Virus record (IMG/VR): IMGVR_UViG_3300030103_005357
Coordinates: 32,001-96,000 of that record
Reading direction: 5' to 3' (one strand)
Length of the DNA stretch: 64,000 nucleotides
DNA from: a virus
The first letter of the stretch is position 1. Each line of letters starts with the position of its first letter. This document shows, piece after piece, positions 47,802 to 54,597 of this stretch. Made by a program: the position numbers and the translations under genes. Under the pieces are notes generated by a model that was not told the DNA's origin, searched no databases, and saw nothing but the letters and a program-made list of their open reading frames with translations.

Positions 47802-47857
47802 TTCTTACGGGGGAGATTATAAGTGATTTGGGGGATGGGGACAAGCCCTTTTTTAAT

Positions 47858-48070
47858 TTATTTTTCTATGCGTGAGAAGTAGAGAGTTCTGAAAACTTCC
47901 TTGTTACCGCTCTCGCTGTCGTGGCTTTTGTCAACTACCTTGCAAACTGCGAACTCCTTAGTTGAACGCTCAACCCCGCGAAGTTGATACATGCGGAGAT
48001 TTCCATTGTTGGAGGTGGTATAAACAAACTGCTTATTGATCAGGCGGGTGATGTTGTCTTGGTTGGTCAT
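47858..48070 (-). CDS. small beta-rich protein with FRTL motif
   Basis: TAAAAT-6-ATG; similar to 48702-49055. Confidence 0.65.
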   Translation of the reverse strand: MTNQDNITRLINKQFVYTTSNNGNLRMYQLRGVERSTKEFAVCKVVDKSHDSESGNKEVFRTLYFSRIEK

Positions 48071-48187
48071 GTGGATATTTTACTCTAAAAACGCAGAGAT
48101 TAAAAGCTTTTTCTGCATCTTTTTTTATTTATTTTTTTAAGTAAAAGGCTTGACACTATTCTTCTTTACTATAAAGAAACATCCTTC

Positions 48188-48264
48188 GTAAGTCCTTGAT
48201 ACTCAACGAGTTACGGGCCAGCGACCCGCCGCGCCCCGTAACTCCTTGATACTCAGTGAGTTAC
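48188..48264. repeat. 77-bp element, copy 8 (core F)
   Basis: GTAAGTCCTTGATACTCAACGAGTTAC-GGGCCAGCGACCCGCCGCGCCCC-GTAACTCCTTGATACTCAGTGAGTTAC. Confidence 0.95.
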
Positions 48265-48323
48265 GACGGTTTTCTTATTAGCTGTTTTCTCGCGGCTGTC
48301 AACACAAAAGATTAATTTAATTC

Positions 48324-48347
48324 AAAAAAAAGCTCCCTTTCGGGAGC
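48324..48347 (-). terminator. intrinsic terminator
   Basis: GCTCCC-GAAA-GGGAGC followed by a T run on the - strand. Confidence 0.75.
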
Positions 48348-48361
48348 CTTGCACGGGGTGG

Positions 48362-48595
48362 TTAGTCTTGCCAGTCTCGCGCTCGATCCTCCGCGCCTTG
48401 CGCCATGTATGTCCGAGCGTCCTCCAATCCGTCCTTGTAGGCGAACGCCCATATCTCATATGATTCCTCTCCATTCGGAAACTCATCGGGTATGATATAG
48501 CCAAGGTAGGAGGTGGGGCAGATGTTACTCTCCTGATTGTTGAGTGCTGCCTTGTATGCGAATTCTGCGAGCTGGTCTTGTGTTACTGTTGCCAT
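48362..48595 (-). CDS. hypothetical protein
   Basis: TTGTGT-17-TATAAT-6-ATG at 48595. Confidence 0.6.
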   Translation of the reverse strand: MATVTQDQLAEFAYKAALNNQESNICPTSYLGYIIPDEFPNGEESYEIWAFAYKDGLEDARTYMAQGAEDRARDWQD

Positions 48596-48701
48596 GCCGA
48601 GATTATACTCTCGAAAAGAATTAAACACAAGATCTTTTTGCATAAAAACACAAAAAAACCCGCCAGCCTCCGAAGAGACTGACGGGCGACACACAACACC
48701 A

Positions 48702-49055
48702 TTAGAAAACTGATTTGGCTAGCTGGTAAGCGGTCGCCACGCGACCCTTCACCTTGGTAATTCCCGAAACATGCAGAGTGCGGAACTTAGTCTTGCCTCC
48801 ATCGTCGAGGTCTTGCACCTCTCCTTGGATGTAACGGCGACCCGAACCTTTGGCGTGATCGGTGTGATCAACTGACTTGATAACGAAACTACGAACGCCG
48901 TCATTTTTGACAGAGGATTCGTCGTGGTTGTAGTAAGTCACCACGCGATTGGTGAGCTTTTTCTTAAGGTCTTCGTCGCTGAGTCCATACAGGGCGTGGT
49001 CGAACTTGTAGTTGATGCCGACATTGGTGGTGGTAGTGGTAGTGGTGTTTTTCAT
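48702..49055 (-). CDS. beta-rich protein with FRTL motif
   Basis: TTGCGC-17-TATAAT-9-ATG at 49055. Confidence 0.65.
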   Translation of the reverse strand: MKNTTTTTTTNVGINYKFDHALYGLSDEDLKKKLTNRVVTYYNHDESSVKNDGVRSFVIKSVDHTDHAKGSGRRYIQGEVQDLDDGGKTKFRTLHVSGITKVKGRVATAYQLAKSVF

Positions 49056-49064
49056 AACGAGGTA

Positions 49065-49093
49065 ATTATACTCTAGATTTTGGTTGGGCGCAA
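49065..49093 (-). promoter_or_regulatory. representative sigma70-type promoter of the cassette region
   Basis: TTGCGC-N17-TATAAT; similar promoters precede many genes in 39.8-50.7 kb. Confidence 0.75.
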
Positions 49094-49122
49094 GAACTAT
49101 TTTGCTATTAAAGTGATTTTTT

Positions 49123-49368
49123 TTAGAGGTAGGAGGCGACAGAAACAAGGGCTTCGACCTCTGCTCTTTTGGCTGCGCGTTTAGCTGCGCGGATATCGAG
49201 GAGAGCTTTCGCTGCTTGCTCGCGGGTGATAGCTTGGAACTTGTAGCGACTCCAGTTCTGATTTTTAACGGAGACATGCAAGTAGGTCATGCCAGTACGG
49301 TAGACTGAGAGAATGAGATGCTTGGTCTTATAGGTGCGGAACTTTGGTGATGTAGTGGTGTCGGACAT
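49123..49368 (-). CDS. hypothetical protein
   Basis: TATAAT-6-ATG at 49368. Confidence 0.6.
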   Translation of the reverse strand: MSDTTTSPKFRTYKTKHLILSVYRTGMTYLHVSVKNQNWSRYKFQAITREQAAKALLDIRAAKRAAKRAEVEALVSVASYL

Positions 49369-49485
49369 GGGGATATTATAAACGGAAATCTCACAAAAGA
49401 AAAGCTTTTTCTGCATAAAAAAGAAACTTTTTTTTCGATTAAAAGTGTTGACACGATGGCTTGTTTTGGTATGGGAAAAACCTTC

Positions 49486-49562
49486 GTAAGTCGTTGATAC
49501 TCAGTGAGTTACGGGCGGCGGCGGGGCGCTTCGCCGTAACTCGTTGATACTCAGTGAGTTAC
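49486..49562. repeat. 77-bp element, copy 9 (core R)
   Basis: GTAAGTCGTTGATACTCAGTGAGTTAC-GGGCGGCGGCGGGGCGCTTCGCC-GTAACTCGTTGATACTCAGTGAGTTAC. Confidence 0.95.
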
Positions 49563-49610
49563 AGCGATTCTTTTCATAACATAAAAACTCAACGTGTCAA
49601 GTATTTTTTT

Positions 49611-49676
49611 TGGTGGATGGCGGGGGGATCGAACCCCCATCCGAGACTCGCATCCCGTCGAAACCATTGGCCACCC
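49611..49676 (-). ncRNA. minimal tmRNA-like RNA (tRNA-like domain only)
   Basis: GGGTGGC-CAATGGTTTCGAC-GGGAT-GCGA-GTCTC-GGAT-GGGGG-TTCGATC-CCCCC-GCCATCC-A-CCA; G3:U70 pair, no D stem. Confidence 0.8.
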
Positions 49677-49683
49677 AAACTTT

Positions 49684-49908
49684 TTACTTGCCGTAAATCG
49701 AGCGGAGTTCCCAACTCGCTTCGTTCACTATTTCCGCAGTCACGCTTTGCGGATTCTTGCACGCTTCGGGAAGACCTTTGCGAATGATTCGCTTCAACTT
49801 ACGCGCACGCATCCACTCCCCAATGTGATGAGGGAAGAGAATGGGGTAGGTAAGAATCAAGATAGCTTTCCCCATTGGGGATTGATATTTAAAATTGTGG
49901 AGGTTCAT
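49684..49908 (-). CDS. hypothetical protein
   Basis: ATG at 49908, downstream of 49916-50098. Confidence 0.5.
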   Translation of the reverse strand: MNLHNFKYQSPMGKAILILTYPILFPHHIGEWMRARKLKRIIRKGLPEACKNPQSVTAEIVNEASWELRSIYGK

Positions 49909-49915
49909 AATGTTT

Positions 49916-50098
49916 TTATTGAATGAGATCGAGAGACTCAAGAGAAACTTCTTTCGCGTGTCCGTCATTGAATGAGATCCAAGCGCTGTTGTCTTGTTGG
50001 AATGTCTCATGAACCAAGACGGTTTGGCCTTGGTAATTAGCGAAGAACTCTTCGCAAGAAACCTCGGCTAATTGACTGATTGTGTTTTGGTCTGTCAT
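49916..50098 (-). CDS. hypothetical protein
   Basis: TTGACC-17-TAGAAT-6-ATG. Confidence 0.65.
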   Translation of the reverse strand: MTDQNTISQLAEVSCEEFFANYQGQTVLVHETFQQDNSAWISFNDGHAKEVSLESLDLIQ

Positions 50099-50107
50099 GT
50101 GTGTATT

Positions 50108-50275
50108 CTACTTGTTTTCTTTTTTAAGGTCAAGGAACCATTCCTCTTGTTCTTTCTGGAACTCTTGGCATTCCCTGATGAACTGCTCTCCGACTTCGAC
50201 GGTTCTGTCCACCATCTTGTTCCAATTTTCTTCGGCTTTGGCCATTGCTGCTAGTGCTTCTTCGGTTGCTGTCAT
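50108..50275 (-). CDS. 55-aa helical protein, paralog B (MTATEEALAAMAKAEENWNKMVDR...)
   Basis: TTGTAT-17-TAGAAT-6-ATG; not in the ORF track. Confidence 0.75.
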   Translation of the reverse strand: MTATEEALAAMAKAEENWNKMVDRTVEVGEQFIRECQEFQKEQEEWFLDLKKENK

Positions 50276-50339
50276 GTGTGAATTCTACTTTATTTTTCTA
50301 AGTGATACAAGCTCTTTTCGTATAAAAAGAAAACTTTTT

Positions 50340-50630
50340 TTAACGCTCCGTTAAAGGTCTCCAATCGAAACGACCGCAAGCGATCTCAAGACCGCGCCCC
50401 CATTTAGAGGCGTAAGCCTCCGCACGGTTAGCAAACTTCTCGACACGCTTGGGCTTTCCCTCGGGGAAGGCGAAACGGTTGTTGAGAATGCGCTCAGTCT
50501 TTTTGAGGTTGCTACTTCCACCCCAAGCAAACTCTTCACCGTTCCACTCACGGATTGCCGTGGAAGATTTGGAGATGATGACATAGAACGGGATTTCGCT
50601 TTCTTTTTTGATGGTGTTGTTTGTTTCCAT
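50340..50630 (-). CDS. hypothetical protein, first gene of the - strand block
   Basis: TAAAAT-6-ATG. Confidence 0.6.
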   Translation of the reverse strand: METNNTIKKESEIPFYVIISKSSTAIREWNGEEFAWGGSSNLKKTERILNNRFAFPEGKPKRVEKFANRAEAYASKWGRGLEIACGRFDWRPLTER

Positions 50631-50929
50631 GCGTGTATTTTAGCACAGATCCGCATGAATTAAAAGCTTTTTTTACCTCAATAGTGCTTTTTTTTTGACC
50701 TGTAATACAACCCCCCGATTAATATAAAAAACACTTGACACGATACCGCGCAAAGTCGCGGGGGGAGTCTTTTCTCAAAAACTAAACAATTAAATTATCA
50801 TAGTTAGGCGTTGGATGGAAAAAAATAGCGGGGTTATTTTGGGGGAAAGTGCATGCCCAAGAAAGACCAGAATAAAAAAATAAATTAATATGCCGCGAAT
50901 ATAATATACAAAAACGTGTAGTATAAGGT

Positions 50930-51766
50930 ATGACATATCGGAATATGCCAGTGGCAGTGGATACAGGTAATCCTATTTTGGCGACGACGGTTGGAGTGGA
51001 TTTCTCCACTAAAAATCAGATAAAAAGACAATTGGGCGCGAATATCGACGCTGGTGATCAGTTGAGGTTTAATGGTGATGTGGATTGTAAGATAAATGCG
51101 GATTTCTTAGTGAAGAGTAGTGCGGGTGATTATTCGGGTATAGATTTTTTATTTGATAGTTATCATGAAACTGGGCAGAATTCTATGACGTTGGATATTG
51201 GGGGTAATAAATACAACTCTTGTTTTATTGATAGTTTCAGTTTGACGGTTAGACCATTTGAGCCAGTGATGGGGCGGGTTACGTTTACTAGTTATCAGCC
51301 TAGCGATTCAGGTTTGGCTGGTAACACAGGTAATGCATCAGATAGCCACCTAGAAACACAAGAAGTAATCTACGGACACAATTGTTTATTGAGTGGTGCG
51401 GGTGCTGTGGTAGCTTCTGATATCATAAATGATCTTAGTTATAATAAAACATATTCAAGAACTCCAATTTATACTTTAGGTTCGCAACAGGCGACAAGTC
51501 AAATTGTTGACGGTGTAGAGGTCGATATGAATGTCCAGTCTACAGGATTGAACCAGTTGATTGATTTCAGCGGTAATAAATTATCTAGTGATTTTGGCAT
51601 TGGGCTAAAAGATGTTCTCGGCTCTGGAATAATCCAATATCCTTATAATGAATCTAATTTTGATTTAATTGTAAATTCTGGAGCGCATGTAGTTGCGGAA
51701 GGCTACTCCGTTGATGGAGGCGGCACTTTAGTTACAAAAGCTACCATTAAGGAAGTCATTCTATAG
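50930..51766 (+). CDS. probable structural (tail tube-like) protein
   Basis: Beta-rich duplicated architecture; GTGTAG-N8-ATG upstream. Confidence 0.45.
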   Translation: MTYRNMPVAVDTGNPILATTVGVDFSTKNQIKRQLGANIDAGDQLRFNGDVDCKINADFLVKSSAGDYSGIDFLFDSYHETGQNSMTLDIGGNKYNSCFIDSFSLTVRPFEPVMGRVTFTSYQPSDSGLAGNTGNASDSHLETQEVIYGHNCLLSGAGAVVASDIINDLSYNKTYSRTPIYTLGSQQATSQIVDGVEVDMNVQSTGLNQLIDFSGNKLSSDFGIGLKDVLGSGIIQYPYNESNFDLIVNSGAHVVAEGYSVDGGGTLVTKATIKEVIL

Positions 51767-51787
51767 AAATAAGTGTAATATATACAT

Positions 51788-52513
51788 ATGCCCCGAAAAA
51801 AGGTTGCTAAGGAAAAAGAGGTTCCGTTTGAGTTGCTAGCGGATTTTGAGAGATCAATAAAGTTTAATAAAAGAAATTTTAGATTTAGCCCCAAGCAAAA
51901 GAAGTTTTTAGACCTTATACTAAACGAAGAGTCTAAGATTATTTTTGTTTCTGGCCCTGCGGGAAGCTCAAAGACCTACATGTCCCTGTATGGGATGTTA
52001 AAATTATTGGAGGAGGATTTCTCTAAAGATATTTTATATGTTCGAAGTATTGCTGAAAGCGCTGATACGGGGTTGGGTAGCTTACCCGGGGACATTGCAG
52101 ACAAGTTTGATCCTTTTTTGTGTCCACTTTATGACAAAATGCAAGAAATCGTTGCTTCTGGGGACGCGATCTACTTAAAACAACGAGAAAAAGTTTCAGC
52201 GGTCCCAATAAACTTCCTTCGTGGAGCGAGTTGGCAGAATAAATTGGTTTTTGCAGATGAAGCGCAGAATTTTACGCTAAAAGAATTAACTACTTTGATC
52301 ACTCGCATAGGTGAAGACAGTAAAATCATTATTGGAGGTGATTTTTTTCAGAGCGATATCAATGGAAAAAGTGGATTTAAACCGATGTTCGAAAAATTCA
52401 ATGATGATGAATCTAAAGATATGGGCATTCATACATTTAGCTTTAATGAAAGCGATATTGTGCGTAGTAAAATATTAAAATTCATTATTAAAAAGTTGGA
52501 AGGTGAAAAATAG
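51788..52513 (+). CDS. phoH: PhoH-family ATPase
   Basis: GPAGSSKT, LPG, FLRGAS, DEAQN, TRIGE, GD..QSD and DIVRS. Confidence 0.92.
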   Translation: MPRKKVAKEKEVPFELLADFERSIKFNKRNFRFSPKQKKFLDLILNEESKIIFVSGPAGSSKTYMSLYGMLKLLEEDFSKDILYVRSIAESADTGLGSLPGDIADKFDPFLCPLYDKMQEIVASGDAIYLKQREKVSAVPINFLRGASWQNKLVFADEAQNFTLKELTTLITRIGEDSKIIIGGDFFQSDINGKSGFKPMFEKFNDDESKDMGIHTFSFNESDIVRSKILKFIIKKLEGEK

Positions 52514-52547
52514 TGTAATTACTTACTAATTTTGATATAATTGTAAG

Positions 52548-52871
52548 ATGAGTCACATATTTTGTTATAGTTGTGGGGTTAAGATTGAATATAATTTTGC
52601 TAAACCTAATTTTTGTTCTAAATGTGGGGCAAGTTTTGGAGGGACGCAGCAATCTCAAGCTGCGGTGGAACAGGTTTCCAATCAAACCAAATCCTCTGTA
52701 GTTTCAGATGACGAAACCGACGCAGAGTTCGTCCCACAACTGCGGGGATTGCAGGTAGAAATTGAAAAGCCTAAAACTGTCACCATTGGTTCTTTAGCGG
52801 GTCAAAACACACCACCTGACTATAAAGGAAAGGGATCGTATGACCTGAATGATTTCACTTCTAAACCTTAA
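52548..52871 (+). CDS. zinc-ribbon protein
   Basis: CYSCG...PNFCSKCG. Confidence 0.7.
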   Translation: MSHIFCYSCGVKIEYNFAKPNFCSKCGASFGGTQQSQAAVEQVSNQTKSSVVSDDETDAEFVPQLRGLQVEIEKPKTVTIGSLAGQNTPPDYKGKGSYDLNDFTSKP

Positions 52872-53548
52872 TGCCCGAAGAGAAGAAGTATGAAGACTAC
52901 CAAGACATCATAGATCGAGCAGTTAAGAAGCAGAGGTCAAGGTGGCGTTTAGATGCTATCAAGTGGTTTGACTTCGAAGATGTTGAGCAGGTGGTAAAAT
53001 CACACATCGCCCAAAAGTGGCACATGTGGGATCAGTCGCGTCCATTGGAGCCGTGGCTTAGTCGTGTAATCACCAATAGGATGTGGAATCTTATAAGAAA
53101 CCATTATGGATCTTATATCAAACCTTGTTCAACATGCATACATGCACGGGATGAATTGTGCGCTAAGACCGTAAGTGGTAACCAAGATATTTCGTGCAAA
53201 GATTATGCTAAATGGTCAAAGAAGAAAAAATTTGGACTAGAATTGAAAACTGCATCTAGTCTAGATGATACTGAGCATGTTATAAACGTTAAGTGTAATT
53301 CGTATTTTGATTATGATGCTGATACGCAGAAGCTTAACGAGAAAATGCTAAAAAAACTTGGAGAGAAACAATACGGGGCATATCATATGTTATATTTCGA
53401 GGATTGTACAGAAGAAGATGTAGCAAAGTATATGGGGTATAAACTGTCTGATACTAATCGTAAGATTGGCTACAGACAAGTAAAGAATCTCAAATGTAAA
53501 TTTCATAAGATTGCAGTAAAAATTTTAAAAGATGGAGGAGATTTGTAA
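52871..53548 (+). CDS. phage sigma70-family (ECF-like) factor
   Basis: Region 2 (FEDVEQ...WDQSRPLEPWLSRVITNRMWNLIR) and region 4 HTH (EEDVAKYMG). Confidence 0.7.
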   Translation: MPEEKKYEDYQDIIDRAVKKQRSRWRLDAIKWFDFEDVEQVVKSHIAQKWHMWDQSRPLEPWLSRVITNRMWNLIRNHYGSYIKPCSTCIHARDELCAKTVSGNQDISCKDYAKWSKKKKFGLELKTASSLDDTEHVINVKCNSYFDYDADTQKLNEKMLKKLGEKQYGAYHMLYFEDCTEEDVAKYMGYKLSDTNRKIGYRQVKNLKCKFHKIAVKILKDGGDL

Positions 53549-54597
53549 TGGATTTAACAGATGATCAAAAAGAATATATAAAAAACAATGTGAATAAAGT
53601 CACAAATTTAAATGAACTCACCCAAAAATGTTTTAGGGATGATGATTTAGATGGTCGCACGAAAGAGGGTCGGGCTGTTCGAAAATACTTAATAGAGAAT
53701 AATATTGATTATAAAACAACCCGCCGCAAACCACAGGACAAAATAGAACTAAACGATTCTCAAAAAGAGTTCATTATCCAGCAAGCTCAGGAGGGAATGT
53801 CGTCTTTGGAGATTGCCAAGCTTATATTTCCAGAAAAGAGAGTAAAGCCACTAAGCAATGAGCAGAGAACGGTTCTGGCGCACATCAACGAGGTCAATCC
53901 CGATTTCGTCCCATCGCAAGACTCCGCTGCCGTAAATGATTACGTCCCGCCCAAAAGCCCAAGTCGTGTGTTAAAGAAAATCAATGATGCTACAGGATTA
54001 GCGTTGGATGATGGAAAACTAAATAGACAAAAGCAAGTCTGTATAGAAAAGCTTCAAATCAATCTATCCAATAGTAGATTTTTAAAAATCATCAATAATT
54101 ATCTTAATAAACAGGACAGAGAGTTATTCGAGCAAGAATTTATTCGTTTGAGTTGGGACAAGCCCGATTTAACCGCAGACGAAATCAATCTATACCTGAA
54201 CGTATGCAAAGAGGTCATTAACTTGGAAGTCGTCTCTGCACACTTGAACAAGCTTAATGAGATGTTTGACGTTGCTGATGACCAAACCGAAATGACCGTG
54301 CGTCTCGCGGAGATTATCAAAGCTAAATCACAAGAATATCATCAATGTGAGACCCGCATTGAGAACTTGACGAAGAAGTTACAAGGTGACCGTGCTGAGC
54401 GCATGAAGAAGAGCCAAAAACAAAATGCGTCATTTTTGGCCATCGTCCAGATGTTTCAAGAAGAGGAAGAGCGGAAGAATATGGTTCGCATGGCAGAAAT
54501 GCAAAAAAAGTTAATTAAAGAAGAAGCTGAGCGGATGGAAGGGATGGCAGAGTGGAAAGCGCGAATCTTAGGTATTAGTCAGGACGATGCAATTTGA
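53548..54597 (+). CDS. hypothetical helical protein upstream of the packaging genes (small terminase candidate)
   Basis: HTH-like N-half, coiled-coil C-half, genomic position. Confidence 0.45.
   Translation: MDLTDDQKEYIKNNVNKVTNLNELTQKCFRDDDLDGRTKEGRAVRKYLIENNIDYKTTRRKPQDKIELNDSQKEFIIQQAQEGMSSLEIAKLIFPEKRVKPLSNEQRTVLAHINEVNPDFVPSQDSAAVNDYVPPKSPSRVLKKINDATGLALDDGKLNRQKQVCIEKLQINLSNSRFLKIINNYLNKQDRELFEQEFIRLSWDKPDLTADEINLYLNVCKEVINLEVVSAHLNKLNEMFDVADDQTEMTVRLAEIIKAKSQEYHQCETRIENLTKKLQGDRAERMKKSQKQNASFLAIVQMFQEEEERKNMVRMAEMQKKLIKEEAERMEGMAEWKARILGISQDDAI

Noticed and set aside
38539-49562. 77-bp elements as CRISPR mini-arrays (repeat-spacer-repeat)
   Set aside because: The 23-bp 'spacers' are variants of one sequence in either orientation rather than unique captures, the repeats are degenerate, and no cas gene is visible.
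38539-49562. Elements as plain intrinsic terminators or canonical attC sites
   Set aside because: Separate conventional terminators sit beside copies 4, 5 and 8, and fixed 27/23/27 spacing is not a terminator property. The ends read GTTAC rather than GTTRRRY, cassettes carry their own promoters, and no intI is present. A secondary terminating role is not excluded.
49611-49676. Ordinary tRNA-Ala
   Set aside because: There is no D stem and no 7-nt anticodon loop (a GCGA tetraloop instead); the flanking motifs match tmRNA.
50730-50775. Possible tenth element after TTGACAC near the divergence point
   Set aside because: Only a short CCGCG/CGCGG dyad is present; the GTAAC/GTTAC arms are absent.
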